From IMG/VR virus record IMGVR_UViG_3300029305_001557, positions 12,396-76,395 of that record: a DNA stretch of 64,000 bases; one strand, 5' to 3'. This DNA comes from a virus (Duplodnaviria > Caudoviricetes). A program made the translations under genes and the position numbers. Shown piece after piece: positions 26,369-36,971 of this stretch (within the stretch, counting starts at the first letter, position 1; each line of letters starts with the position of its first letter). The notes under the pieces were generated by a model. That model ran no database searches. It was not told the DNA's origin and saw only the letters and a program-made list of their open reading frames with translations.

Positions 26369-27079
26369 TTAAATTATATTTGGAGTAAGTATTTGATGTT
26401 GAGCCATACAAACACATACACCGACATTTGATACTGCTGAGAAAGAGTATTCTTTTTCTCTTTCAAAGGGATAGACCTGAGTGGTCATCTGAGAGCTTAC
26501 AACGCAACCCTTATAGTCATTGGCACTAAGTACAGAAGTACTAATAAGAGCCGAAACTGAAGGAGTGATGTAAAAGGGTAACTGAGACTGAATAAACTGC
26601 TCAATAACCTTAGCACTCGGGGTAACAGAGATAGCTTCCTCAATAGAGTTTACAAGAAATGCTACATTAAGAAATCTACCTATACACCCTCCCTCTTCAT
26701 TATACCGCCTTTCGTAAGATAAATCAACTTCAAAACCTGTTAAAGTCGATACGAGGTATCTAATGGCGGTTTTAGTACCTCTTCTCTTCATCAAAGCCCC
26801 GAGATTGCTTAAAAACTTGCGGTGATACTCAACAGGAATATCCTGATAGTAAGCAAGACCGAAGCTTTCATAAAGATACGGAAAGAACTCCGCAGGGCAT
26901 TTCTCAGGGTCTATCAAAGTTAGAAAGTTATTGCTGTCCTCAATGACTTGCTCAAAACCTCCTGCACAGAGACATTCAAGGTATCTGTACAAAGGGCTTC
27001 CTAACTTTGAGTCTTCTTCTCTATAAACGGCAGGAAGCTTGTTATAAAGATAGCCGACATAACTGCGTTTATCAATCAT
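26369..27079 (-). CDS. baseplate wedge / tail protein I-like
   Basis: LYNKLPAVYR, DPEKCPAEFFPYL, KRRGTKTAI. Confidence 0.8.
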   Translation of the reverse strand: MIDKRSYVGYLYNKLPAVYREEDSKLGSPLYRYLECLCAGGFEQVIEDSNNFLTLIDPEKCPAEFFPYLYESFGLAYYQDIPVEYHRKFLSNLGALMKRRGTKTAIRYLVSTLTGFEVDLSYERRYNEEGGCIGRFLNVAFLVNSIEEAISVTPSAKVIEQFIQSQLPFYITPSVSALISTSVLSANDYKGCVVSSQMTTQVYPFEREKEYSFSAVSNVGVCVCMAQHQILTPNII

Positions 27080-27096
27080 TGAAGACTACCTCCTTA

Positions 27097-28599
27097 TTAG
27101 TCTGCTATGCCACCTGTCATTTCAAAATTAAGATTGCCGAGAGTAAGTATTTGACTAACAGCAGGGCTGATTATCATATCTCCTTCCTGAGAAATACTAC
27201 TCGTAATTGACATTCGTATTGATTTAACTCCGTCACAGTTTTCTTTCACCATTGTTTCGAGGTCTGTGATAGAACACTCTTTACCGAAGTCATAGTCACC
27301 AATTTCAAAATAACTTGTGAACATTGCCGTAATTTCATCTCTAATGCTCCCTTGGGTATAACGGTCTTTCACTATGATAGACATACTTAAATCCAAAGGA
27401 ACAAATGTTGAGCTATTTGCAGGTATAAGATTGACCTGAGTTCCCACTAACTCTCTGTCTTCATACATCTGCATAATCTCTTCCCTAAGACTGTCAGAAA
27501 GCTCCGCATTATTTTGAAGCAGGATATACACATTAACAGTGTCTACCAAAGCTTCGCTTTTCTGTGAGCTTGATAAAGCTATTTGAGGGAAGAGTTCCTT
27601 AACTCTATCTGCATAATCTTCCTCAGTGAGACAAGCCCACTTCGTTCTGTAGGAGTTCGGAGCGTTAGTCTTTATCTCAGCTAAGGTCTCTTTATCATAC
27701 CCTAAGTCAAAAGGCACATCAGGGTTAAATGTAGAGTCCACTTTAGACACATTTGTATCTAACTGAGTGATTTTATTTGCTCCAACATTTCCTTGTGAAC
27801 CACCGCCTATGCGGTAAGTAGAAATAATGCCGTTAGAGAAAGCAGTAGGTATCTTGCCTGTGATGTTATTGCCAAAGATGATAACAGCTTCATCATTGTC
27901 AGTCATCTCAACCTTGTAGTGCTTATCTGTCGGGGTACTATCAAGGAAGGACTCAACTCTCACCCACGGCTCAAATCCTGCTCCCTCGTTTACAAGTACG
28001 GCAATACTTGACGAGATAACAGGAGTGTAACCTAAAGTAAAGCGTTGGTCTTCAGTGCCGTTACTGCTTCCTACAATCTCACTTTGAATAGTAAGACCCT
28101 GAACTGCGGTAACAGCATACAGATAATTTCCCTGCTCATCTCTCTCATCTCCTAACTTCCCGGCAGGAATTTCGAGGTCATCTTCTGTTTCAAACATTAC
28201 AGAATACTCCGTAGCACTTTCAACAGTTTTTACTCTTGTTCCCGCAGGAATGTAAGTAGAAGAGGGCTGAGCAGAAGCAAGAACAAACACCTGTTTAACT
28301 TTAGAGGGGATAGAGCTTCGGGGTATGTAGTCAAGTACATAACACCACTTCAAGGCATTAGCTCTTTGTTCCTCTGTAATTAAAAAGGCTTCATTGGCTT
28401 GCACATCTTGATGAAAGCTAAGAATATCAAGACCCTTTGCTAACAGTTCAAGAATAACAATACCTGCGTCTGTCTGACTTCTATCTGTATATTCAGGCAT
28501 TTTGATACCTAACTGCTCAATCATATAGGCTCTAAAGGCTTCATAGTCCTTATTCGTATAGTCAATATTCGGAGTTGGAGTTATTGACATTCGCTTCAC
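27097..28599 (-). CDS. baseplate J-like protein
   Basis: IDYTNKDYEAFR, YRIGGGSQGNVGAN and TEEDY. Confidence 0.88.
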   Translation of the reverse strand: MKRMSITPTPNIDYTNKDYEAFRAYMIEQLGIKMPEYTDRSQTDAGIVILELLAKGLDILSFHQDVQANEAFLITEEQRANALKWCYVLDYIPRSSIPSKVKQVFVLASAQPSSTYIPAGTRVKTVESATEYSVMFETEDDLEIPAGKLGDERDEQGNYLYAVTAVQGLTIQSEIVGSSNGTEDQRFTLGYTPVISSSIAVLVNEGAGFEPWVRVESFLDSTPTDKHYKVEMTDNDEAVIIFGNNITGKIPTAFSNGIISTYRIGGGSQGNVGANKITQLDTNVSKVDSTFNPDVPFDLGYDKETLAEIKTNAPNSYRTKWACLTEEDYADRVKELFPQIALSSSQKSEALVDTVNVYILLQNNAELSDSLREEIMQMYEDRELVGTQVNLIPANSSTFVPLDLSMSIIVKDRYTQGSIRDEITAMFTSYFEIGDYDFGKECSITDLETMVKENCDGVKSIRMSITSSISQEGDMIISPAVSQILTLGNLNFEMTGGIAD

Positions 28600-28975
28600 C
28601 TACTTTCAGTTTACTTGTATATTCAGCATCGTAAGGAAGAGCCTTGAAACGAACTGTAGCATAGACAGCATTATTAGAGGAAGACACCTCTACATCTAAT
28701 ACTTCTATTCTCGGTTCTAATCTCGTCAAAGCGTCCTTTATTTGATACTGTAACAGAGTATGCGTGCTTATATCATTTGGCTCAAATATGTCCGTATCTA
28801 CTTCAGAGTAAATGTGATACTCCATAGTACGCTCATATTGGAAAGTCCTCAGAATTTGCTTCATACTCTCTATAATATGGGGAACTTCTCTTGTGCTTGT
28901 TGTGGAGGTGACAACACCACCTTTCACACCTATGCGAAAAGGGAAGCTTATCCCTGTATAACCTTGTTCAGCCAT
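28562..28975 (-). CDS. gp25/GPW-like baseplate protein
   Basis: GISFPF, IKDALTRLEPRIEV. Confidence 0.88.
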   Translation of the reverse strand: MAEQGYTGISFPFRIGVKGGVVTSTTSTREVPHIIESMKQILRTFQYERTMEYHIYSEVDTDIFEPNDISTHTLLQYQIKDALTRLEPRIEVLDVEVSSSNNAVYATVRFKALPYDAEYTSKLKVGEANVNNSNSEY

Positions 28976-28987
28976 ACATATACCTCC

Positions 28988-29281
28988 TTAGTTTGCATAA
29001 ACATTAGGACTGCCTTGTGCTACACTTCCTCCACACGATACAGCGTCATTAACTCTTGCTATAGGAAGTCCATTTACAAACACAGTGGAACTACCGCCTG
29101 AAATTTGACTTGTATGGGGATTAGGGTTTAACCCTCCTTTATTATGAGACGGATATGTGTCTGACTTTCTCCCACAAGCAATACCGTTAATGAACACATT
29201 AGAGCTACCCTTATTCAAGGCAACGGCAGGGTAGTTTCCGTGTCCTGTATTTTTATCTCCCTTACGGGTAACAGCAGACAT
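28988..29281 (-). CDS. PAAR spike-tip protein
   Basis: RKGD..TGH, GSSNVFING, HxxH pattern, CGG.VAQGSPNVYAN. Confidence 0.9.
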   Translation of the reverse strand: MSAVTRKGDKNTGHGNYPAVALNKGSSNVFINGIACGRKSDTYPSHNKGGLNPNPHTSQISGGSSTVFVNGLPIARVNDAVSCGGSVAQGSPNVYAN

Positions 29282-29290
29282 AATAACACC

Positions 29291-29749
29291 TCAATTCAAG
29301 TCAATTCTATTGGCAACAGCTTTTATACTGTCCTCAGTGATAGTTAGCTTACTGCTACCTACTGTGATTTCAATAGTAGCTTTTGCCCCTGTCTTTGTAT
29401 CTTTGCCCCACATCTTTATCTTACACCCATTCCATTCAATATAGCGTGTGCCGACATTGTAGTTCTTATCAGGAGAACCGTCTTTACACCACCACCCTCC
29501 TGTATAAATGGGCTTATTGACATCTCCGGCTTCAAATTCTACCCACACAGTCTCTCCGACTTTGGGGATAGCAAAATCTCCACCAAAATTATATGCAACA
29601 GGTACGCAAGGCTCGCACCAATTACTAACAGCTTCGCCCAAAACTTTCGGGCATAAAACACGAATACGACCTCTCTTTTCGGGGTCATCTACTTTTTGGA
29701 CTTTTGCTCTATACTTCCCAAAGTATTGTACTTTCGCCATAAATATCAC
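29291..29749 (-). CDS. baseplate spike (gpV / gp5 OB-fold)
   Basis: DDPEKRGRIRV..P, PKVGETVWVEFEAGDVNKPI. Confidence 0.88.
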   Translation of the reverse strand: MIFMAKVQYFGKYRAKVQKVDDPEKRGRIRVLCPKVLGEAVSNWCEPCVPVAYNFGGDFAIPKVGETVWVEFEAGDVNKPIYTGGWWCKDGSPDKNYNVGTRYIEWNGCKIKMWGKDTKTGAKATIEITVGSSKLTITEDSIKAVANRIDLN

Positions 29750-29750
29750 C

Positions 29751-30458
29751 TTACACTTTCTTTAAGAATTTCACATAAGTCCACGACCAAATTTCTTTTA
29801 GTCTCACTCTCTTTCCGTCACTACTTACTCCGTCAACGGTATGCACTTTTTGAGTAACCCATTTGGGAACCCATACTCCTTCAGAAGCATTAGAATACCA
29901 ATACTTTTTAGGAGCAATAGTAAGAAACATAACTTTATCTCCCACTTTGAAAGAAGTAGAAGGAGCAGGAGTAGCTTCCGCAGGTCTTTGTGCCGCAGAG
30001 GAAGAAGTGGTATTTGTGTCAACAACGACACTTTTAAGAGTAGAACCAAAGCCTGTTTTAATTACTGTTAAAGTATGAGAATACCCCTGACTGTTATCTA
30101 TTGTTCGCTTAACAGCAGAGATATAATACAGACCTGAGAGGTATTTACCTATACCCTCTATCTTAATCGTCTGACCCGCTTTTAAGGCTATAGTCTTCTT
30201 ACTTGCTATTAAAACAAGCTCACCTTCTAAGGTGTTAAATTCTATCTCTATATACTCACTGTCGGCTTCTGCCTGACTGTTGACTTTAGAGGAAGAGTCT
30301 ACAGTGACAGACCCTCCATTTTGGGTGGAGGTAGAAAGAGAAGTGTCACTATCAGAACCTGAATAAGCAACAGGCTCCCAAACACCTGTTTTGGGGTTGT
30401 ACTTATATTCTACTGCACGAGCATTACTTTGCCCTGCAACATAGGTATCATTTGGCAC
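29751..30458 (-). CDS. baseplate hub (gpD-like) C-terminal part plus SH3-like domain
   Basis: LKAGQTIKIEGIGKYLSGLYYISAVKRTI...GYSHTL, followed by FKVGDKV..VPKWV. Confidence 0.65.
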   Translation of the reverse strand: MPNDTYVAGQSNARAVEYKYNPKTGVWEPVAYSGSDSDTSLSTSTQNGGSVTVDSSSKVNSQAEADSEYIEIEFNTLEGELVLIASKKTIALKAGQTIKIEGIGKYLSGLYYISAVKRTIDNSQGYSHTLTVIKTGFGSTLKSVVVDTNTTSSSAAQRPAEATPAPSTSFKVGDKVMFLTIAPKKYWYSNASEGVWVPKWVTQKVHTVDGVSSDGKRVRLKEIWSWTYVKFLKKV

Positions 30459-30472
30459 TTCTCATTCCTCCT

Positions 30473-31312
30473 TTATTTTAGTGCTACTGAAATCCACTGA
30501 CCTTTCTTCGGGTCATACTTATAGCCCTTGCTTGGAGTGGAAGTGGTCTGAACAGGCTCACCCTGAACTTCTCGTGCCGTAGTAGAGTCACTTGCAGTTG
30601 CAGAGTCAGTAGCCTTAGTATCTGTGTTAATATCAGCTTTATCAATGGACTCTTGACGAGTTTCCTTATTGATTTTAGGGGTAAAGCTGATTACATCAAA
30701 ATCTCCCTTTTTGTACGAAACAGTAGCTTTCGGCTCTTCAAGAATACCCTTCTTCACATAATAGATTGTGTCACCAATAAGCTTACATTTATATAAATCA
30801 CGCTCTTCTCCTGCGAGGTTTTCTATAAATTCTATATCAGTAACACCACTTTGCGAAATAGTGTCTTCTTTTGTTGAATTGTACCCTGATTGTATTACAC
30901 ACTTAAATCCGTACTCTGCCGCAATCTTCTTAACAACATCAGCTCTCGTGACATTATCCCAAGAGCGAGTTTTCTTCTTTCTGTTCATTATGTGGGAGTT
31001 ATCCAAACAGAACACAGAAAGCTGAGGATAACCATTCTCAGGAAAGGATATATCAACAGCAGAGATATACCCAAAAAATGTGTCTCTGTGTGTTTCACCC
31101 CACCAACCGAACTCTACATATACAGTAGCTTCTTCGATGAAGATTGCGTCCTCAATGTACTTAAATTCGGGGTCACTTACAACTAAGGTACAAGTATTAG
31201 AACCGTCATCTAACTCATCGAGGGTAATACTTTCAATACATTCCCTTCGGTCTACACTGATAGGATTGCCGTTAATGTGAACATTGTAGTAACAACTTAA
31301 TACATCACTCAC
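30473..31312 (-). CDS. baseplate hub / late control D-like protein, N-terminal part
   Basis: D..IFIEEATVYVEFGW...G.I, QSGVTDIEFIENLA. Confidence 0.75.
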   Translation of the reverse strand: MSDVLSCYYNVHINGNPISVDRRECIESITLDELDDGSNTCTLVVSDPEFKYIEDAIFIEEATVYVEFGWWGETHRDTFFGYISAVDISFPENGYPQLSVFCLDNSHIMNRKKKTRSWDNVTRADVVKKIAAEYGFKCVIQSGYNSTKEDTISQSGVTDIEFIENLAGEERDLYKCKLIGDTIYYVKKGILEEPKATVSYKKGDFDVISFTPKINKETRQESIDKADINTDTKATDSATASDSTTAREVQGEPVQTTSTPSKGYKYDPKKGQWISVALK

Positions 31313-31595
31313 TTACCCTCACCACCTCTTCAAAGGGTGGAATACAGAGTATATCACCCGCTTTTATTTCAAGCTCGGACTGATACTGCGGATTTGCGTC
31401 CATAATAGCCCACCAAAGCTGAGTGTTATTGTAATGCTTATAGGCAATACCGTCAATGGTATCACCTTGCACTACAGTATAGTAAGTAGCTTTAGCTAAG
31501 TTAAAGTGATTTCTGCTTCGTATGCCAAACACTAAGGAGTCCCCTCTCGGGTACATAGGTGTTTTAATGTATCGAGAACCTTTATATACTGCCAT
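31305..31595 (-). CDS. LysM-domain tail protein
   Basis: YTVVQGDTIDGIAYKHY...LWWAIMDANP; start MAVYKG. Confidence 0.85.
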   Translation of the reverse strand: MAVYKGSRYIKTPMYPRGDSLVFGIRSRNHFNLAKATYYTVVQGDTIDGIAYKHYNNTQLWWAIMDANPQYQSELEIKAGDILCIPPFEEVVRVSE

Positions 31596-32035
31596 TACAC
31601 ACCCACCTGCCTTAATGTCAATGTGAAACGAGCCATTGTGGGTCTTCCCCACTCGTCATACTCTTCCATTTTGATTACTAAGTCTTCAAGAACACATCTT
31701 CGGATAAAAGTACCATAACAGAAGAGCATTTCGGGCGGTTTCTTATAATTCGCTGAATTTGTCTCGGGGGTGAGAAAACCCCCAATAAAATTCATATAGC
31801 TATTGATTACTCCTGTATAGGGCTTGTTAAAGAAGAAAAGCTCTACAGGAAATGACCTTGTGTTACCGTGAACGAATTGCGTATTGGGGTAAGACATTCC
31901 CGGTGCAACAATTTCAGCATAGGTAACACCACGAGAGTACTCAAAGGTCTCAGGGTTGTACTGAAATCTTTTGATAGCTCCTGTGTTAAGGTTTTTAATA
32001 TAACCTTTAGTTCTTGCTCCAACTCTTGAACTCAC
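31595..32035 (-). CDS. CIS tube-initiator-like protein
   Basis: FQYNPE...PPEMLFCYG. Confidence 0.7.
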   Translation of the reverse strand: MSSRVGARTKGYIKNLNTGAIKRFQYNPETFEYSRGVTYAEIVAPGMSYPNTQFVHGNTRSFPVELFFFNKPYTGVINSYMNFIGGFLTPETNSANYKKPPEMLFCYGTFIRRCVLEDLVIKMEEYDEWGRPTMARFTLTLRQVGV

Positions 32036-32050
32036 AACATCTTACCTCCT

Positions 32051-35000
32051 TTACGCTCTTACTGCCATTGCTCTCAACTGCTGTTTACGAGCAATAATCT
32101 TCATAATCTTCTCTGCCGCTTTTTCAAGCTCACTATCAGAAGCGTTTGCAAGCTGAATAACGATACTTCCTGCGGCAAAGGTAACACTGTAGTCATTCTT
32201 AGTTTCTCCTGTCTTCTCGACAATCTGAGGGGCAGGAGAGGTCTGTACAAAGTTCTGTGTATTAGTAACAAACGAAGAATTATTATTCACGCTTGCAACC
32301 GTTTCAGCAGGAACAGGAGCAACAGGAACAGCTTCCATAACAGTAGGATAAATGTTATTTAAGACTGCCTGCGGTTGAGTGATGTCTCTCGAAACACCAT
32401 TAACAGTGTCACTGTCATACTTACCTAAGAAGTTCTGCAACCTCTTTGTAGTATCGTCATTGACAACAACTTCATTCGGGTGAAGAACAGCAAGACCTGT
32501 AGTCTTAACATAACCACCTGTATCAAGACCGATAAAGTTAGCTATGCTATCTCCAACACCTGATAACCAATCTCCTGCGGCATCTATACCGTTAGAGAAG
32601 AAGTCACCGACAGAACTGATAGCGTCAGTAAGCCACGACAGCTTTTCACCAATCCAATTAAAGAAGGACATTGCACCTTCAGTAATGGACTCCCACACAC
32701 CTGCAAAGAACTCTTTAACTCCGTTGAATACACCTGTGGTTGCGTCAGCCGCCGCAGTAAAGGCTTCAGAGAACCAATTAGTAACAGCAGTGATTTTCTC
32801 GTTTATCCAATCAAACACTCCAATGATGAAGTCTCTGAAAGGAGTAAGAACATTCTCATTTATCCAAGTAAAGATAGAAGAGAAGAAGTCTCCGATTGCT
32901 TGTAAGCAACCTACAATCCAATCACGAACTGCTGTAAAGGCTGTCGTTATCCAATTTACTACAGGCATTACTACATTGTCTTTCACCCAATTAAAGATGA
33001 ACGAGAAGAAGTCGCCAATAGCTTGTAACACAGGTTGTATCTTACTCCACAGCCACTGAAATGCAGAAACGATAGCATTGATTACTACCTTGACTACAGC
33101 GACTATTGCGAGGAAGATAACACGGAAGAACTGATAAACTACATTGATAATAGACTTAATGATATTCGCCGCAGTTTTGATTATAGTCCACACGAGGTTG
33201 ACTACTTTCTTAATTACAGACCAAATACCTTGTACACAAGTGACTATGAAATTCACGAGTCCCTTAATGCAAGTCCATATCACACCTGCGATACCACTGA
33301 TTGCAGACCAAATTACTTTTGCTACACCTGCGACAATCGTACCAACTAACTTGATAATGTTCCAAATAGTAGTTACGACTCCCTTGATGAAAGCCCAAAT
33401 AGTCTGACCTACAGTGACAATACAGTTAAAGATACTCTGAGCAACCTTGATGACAGACTGTACAATCGGGTTATTCAAAATAGCCTGAACAATGTTAGCT
33501 ACTACTTGCTTCACAGCATTAAATATCTCTGCGACTTTCGTACCAAACCACGAACAGAACTCTTTTATCTTGCCCCACAACCATACAAAGAACTGACCTA
33601 TCTCTTTACGGAAGATAATAACAAGAGCAATAACAGCAACGATAGCTACTATGATTGCTACTACCCAACCTACAGAGATACCTAAAGCTCCTGCAATCCA
33701 AGTCAAGGCACTCATAATGGCACTTCCTATAGCAGAGAAGAAAGCACCAATAGCTTTACCTGCGGAGAGTAACCAACCACCTAACTTAGTAAAAGCAGGT
33801 GCAAGTTTAGCTACCCAACCAAATACTTTTGCAAAGCCACCGCCTATCTTGGTAAAGAAAGCGGCGAGTTTAGGAAACCAAGCTCCCATAACTTCAAAGA
33901 AACCAAAGCCCTCTTTCATAAGAGCAATGGCGGCTCCCATATCTTTGAAGAAAGCAATAACAACAGGAGCTACTTTAATGAGAGGATTAAATATCCACTT
34001 CAAAACACTCCACAAGCCTTTAGCAATTTTGCCGACAAAGCTAAATGCTTTTCCGACACCTACAACTACTTTATAGACACCCTTAAATGCGTTTGCAACA
34101 ACAATCAGAGTGATAAGGCTTGCTGTTAGCTGTCCTACAACTTCACCGATAGCCCTCCACTTATCTTCTGCACCTGCTTCAGTTAAGCTCTTTAAGAACT
34201 CACCAACCGAAGCGGCAAGAGCATTGACATCAATACCCATAAGCTTCAGACCTTCAAGGGACTTAACTAAACCGTCAAAGAACCCTTTGAAACCTGCTGA
34301 GAAGCCTTCCGTGAAGAAGTCCCAATAGTACTTTAGCTGTAACAGACCTTCAACAAGAGGGAGTATTCCTAACTCTTTAGCTTTAACAAAATTCTCTTCA
34401 GAGAGAGTGTTATCGTTCCAAGCGTCACTTACAATAGAGAAGATAGTCCCTAAGTCATTCATAACACCTGTAGCGACATCACGAATACCAAATAGGTTAT
34501 TCTTCCACGCAAAATACGCAACTGTCGCAAGTGCAACAAAAGGAAGTGCTTTACCAATAAGACTTGTAAATGCGACTCCAACTTTACTCAAAAGAGCAGG
34601 AAGAGATTTGAGCATTGTAAGTCCCATAGTGGCAAACGCTATAGAGGATAACAGCTTTAACAGTGAACCACCGACTACAAGGAAAGCTCCTATAGCCGCT
34701 ACTGTTATAAGGATATTCTTAGTTAATTTCGGGTGTTCTTGTATCCACGCTATGATAGCGTCACTGTTCTTAATCACCCAATCTAACATACTCTCTAACG
34801 GGGAAAGGATTGTGGTAATAGTGTCAGCAAGAACACCTGTTATTGTATTAAAGGTCTCTTCATTCTCTACAAGAGAGAACACCCAATTACTGAGCTTTTC
34901 TAACAGACCGCAATAAGCTTCAAAAACTCCGCTGTCTGCAATCTTAGACAGAGAGTTAAATAAAGCGTCTTGCATATTACTTAAACGCTGTGTAGGAGTT

Positions 35001-35719
35001 CCTGCTAAGTTAGCAGTATATCCCACGATATTGAGCTTTTCAACAAGGTCTGCTACCTGCTGAGTTCTCTCTTCAATAGAAGCACCTTTATCTTCGCCCA
35101 AAATGCCCGTAATATCGAGACCTGCACCTCTTTTAAGGGAAAGAGCATTACCTTCAGCAATGTATTCTTTGATAGCACCCATAGCGGCTTTAACACCTGT
35201 ACCGTAAGTGTTACGCATATTGGGAACCATTGCGGCAATATCTGAAGCATAGTCAAGAAGCTTCTGAGTTGCGTTACCACTCGAAGTGGTCACTTCAGAC
35301 ATAGCTTCAATGCCTACGGCTTTCATCATTGTAACAGCAGGGATAAGAGATTGTATATCAAAGACCGAGGACATAGCATACTGCTTGATTTCATCAATCT
35401 TTGCTTCTCCTGCTTCAACGCTACCATACAGTGCAGATAACTGCATACGATAGCCTTGCATTTCCATACCTGTATCAATGACTTGCTGAGTGATACCTGC
35501 AAATACACCTGTAATGGACTCACCGATAGAAACAAAAGTGTCTCCAACAGCACCTAAAGAAAGTGCTATTGAAGCTAACTCTGCCGCAGAAGCACTGACC
35601 GAGGAAGTCAAACTGTCTGCCGTTGCACTCATTCTCATAAAGTTATTTGTCGCCGTGTTCATACCCGAGGACGCATTATCTACGAAATTGAGTACAAGTC
35701 CTAACCCAAAAGAGTTCAT
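32051..35719 (-). CDS. tape measure protein
   Basis: 1222 aa helical, with hydrophobic W/F-periodic repeats; follows the chaperone. Confidence 0.92.
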   Translation of the reverse strand: MNSFGLGLVLNFVDNASSGMNTATNNFMRMSATADSLTSSVSASAAELASIALSLGAVGDTFVSIGESITGVFAGITQQVIDTGMEMQGYRMQLSALYGSVEAGEAKIDEIKQYAMSSVFDIQSLIPAVTMMKAVGIEAMSEVTTSSGNATQKLLDYASDIAAMVPNMRNTYGTGVKAAMGAIKEYIAEGNALSLKRGAGLDITGILGEDKGASIEERTQQVADLVEKLNIVGYTANLAGTPTQRLSNMQDALFNSLSKIADSGVFEAYCGLLEKLSNWVFSLVENEETFNTITGVLADTITTILSPLESMLDWVIKNSDAIIAWIQEHPKLTKNILITVAAIGAFLVVGGSLLKLLSSIAFATMGLTMLKSLPALLSKVGVAFTSLIGKALPFVALATVAYFAWKNNLFGIRDVATGVMNDLGTIFSIVSDAWNDNTLSEENFVKAKELGILPLVEGLLQLKYYWDFFTEGFSAGFKGFFDGLVKSLEGLKLMGIDVNALAASVGEFLKSLTEAGAEDKWRAIGEVVGQLTASLITLIVVANAFKGVYKVVVGVGKAFSFVGKIAKGLWSVLKWIFNPLIKVAPVVIAFFKDMGAAIALMKEGFGFFEVMGAWFPKLAAFFTKIGGGFAKVFGWVAKLAPAFTKLGGWLLSAGKAIGAFFSAIGSAIMSALTWIAGALGISVGWVVAIIVAIVAVIALVIIFRKEIGQFFVWLWGKIKEFCSWFGTKVAEIFNAVKQVVANIVQAILNNPIVQSVIKVAQSIFNCIVTVGQTIWAFIKGVVTTIWNIIKLVGTIVAGVAKVIWSAISGIAGVIWTCIKGLVNFIVTCVQGIWSVIKKVVNLVWTIIKTAANIIKSIINVVYQFFRVIFLAIVAVVKVVINAIVSAFQWLWSKIQPVLQAIGDFFSFIFNWVKDNVVMPVVNWITTAFTAVRDWIVGCLQAIGDFFSSIFTWINENVLTPFRDFIIGVFDWINEKITAVTNWFSEAFTAAADATTGVFNGVKEFFAGVWESITEGAMSFFNWIGEKLSWLTDAISSVGDFFSNGIDAAGDWLSGVGDSIANFIGLDTGGYVKTTGLAVLHPNEVVVNDDTTKRLQNFLGKYDSDTVNGVSRDITQPQAVLNNIYPTVMEAVPVAPVPAETVASVNNNSSFVTNTQNFVQTSPAPQIVEKTGETKNDYSVTFAAGSIVIQLANASDSELEKAAEKIMKIIARKQQLRAMAVRA

Positions 35720-35743
35720 TATAACCCTCCTTTCTACTTATTT

Positions 35744-35986
35744 TTAACTGCTTTCTTTATAAGTAGAAGATGAAGAGTTACCACTATTGTTAATCTGTTT
35801 TTGTTCAGCTTTTTTCTGCTCAACAACTAATTCTACCCACATTCTTCTCTCGTTTCGAGGAAGACTCCAAAGAGAATGGCTGTCCCAATGATAGGTGTAA
35901 GCTAAAATGTGCATTTCCATTTTAGTGTTCTCAAAGGAACAGCCATTTTGGAAGTCATCTTCAAAAAACGAGCTTAGATAAAATTT
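35744..35986 (-). CDS. -1 frameshift extension of the tail assembly chaperone
   Basis: Slippery A AAT TTT (35980-35986) just before the stop; the -1 frame is open for 79 codons (MEMHILAYTYHWDSHSLWSLPRNERRMWVELV). Confidence 0.75.
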   Translation of the reverse strand, partial: KFYLSSFFEDDFQNGCSFENTKMEMHILAYTYHWDSHSLWSLPRNERRMWVELVVEQKKAEQKQINNSGNSSSSTYKESS

Positions 35987-36828
35987 GTTGCGTTAAGATT
36001 GCCCTTAAAGTCTTCGCCACAGTTCGTACAGGTGACATCAATTTCAAGGTTAATGCCGAACAGGTTTTCCTGCAATACTTTCTGCAAATACTCTCTATCT
36101 CTTACCGTTAAGTCTCTCATAACATCTTCAGTTACATAGAGACCGTCTTCAAACTTACATAAACGAGTCAGCATAAGAGTACTTGCCTGAGCAACATTCT
36201 TTCTCGCAATAGGAGTAAGGATTTCTCTATCCTGACCTGTAGGAAGTCTAAGTGTACCGTCTCTGTGAACAGTACCCTTCTTATCTTTGTAGCCTTTCGG
36301 TAAAGAGAACTGTACAACTCTCTCACCCTTAAAAGGCTCAACTTCAAGCTCGGACACATCGAGGATAGTCTTCAAGCTCTCCTTACAGTAGGGACAAGTA
36401 TGAGTAACTTCAATCTCACCACCCATAGATAATTCTCTGAGCTTAATGAGCATAAAGTCTTGGTCTCCTACATACAAAGACTTAATAAGGTCTTTCCACT
36501 TCTCATTGCCGACAGATTTGCGGGTAAGAGTACCGATACTCATTACACAGCGTTCAAGCAGTACAGAAACCAACTTAGAGGGGTTCTGCTTAACATCGGA
36601 TTTAGAGATAGCTTCTTCATCACGACCTGTCATTTCTCTTAAAGTGAAAGTCTTGTGAACAACTCCCTCTTCATCTGTGTAACCTGCAAGAAGCTCAAAC
36701 TGTTCGGTCTCACCGTCCTCGTTTACTTCAATGCGACTGTTATAAACAGGGGCTTTCTCTTCGGGTGTTAAAACCTCATCAAGTAATTCGTCACTTGCAA
36801 CATTCTTTTTCAGCTTTGGTGTAGCCAT
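35974..36828 (-). CDS. tail assembly chaperone / T4 gp26-like
   Basis: LREMTGRDEE, CPYC and CTNC; between tube and tape measure. Confidence 0.75.
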   Translation of the reverse strand: MATPKLKKNVASDELLDEVLTPEEKAPVYNSRIEVNEDGETEQFELLAGYTDEEGVVHKTFTLREMTGRDEEAISKSDVKQNPSKLVSVLLERCVMSIGTLTRKSVGNEKWKDLIKSLYVGDQDFMLIKLRELSMGGEIEVTHTCPYCKESLKTILDVSELEVEPFKGERVVQFSLPKGYKDKKGTVHRDGTLRLPTGQDREILTPIARKNVAQASTLMLTRLCKFEDGLYVTEDVMRDLTVRDREYLQKVLQENLFGINLEIDVTCTNCGEDFKGNLNATNFI

Positions 36829-36878
36829 AATAAATTCCTCCTATAATTTTACTTTGGTGGTGTTGCAACCACACTACT

Positions 36879-36907
36879 ATTATACAATAAAACCCCGCAA
36901 ATAGCAA
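36879..36907 (-). promoter_or_regulatory. promoter overlapping the tail-tube terminator
   Basis: TTGCTA-17 nt-TATAAT; hairpin ACCCCGTAGATAGC-TCTT-GCTATTTGCGGGGT then TTT. Confidence 0.65.
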
Positions 36908-36971
36908 GAGCTATCTACGGGGTCTCATAGAACAAGATAACCCTTAAATCAGACTCTTGTATGAGTTCCAA

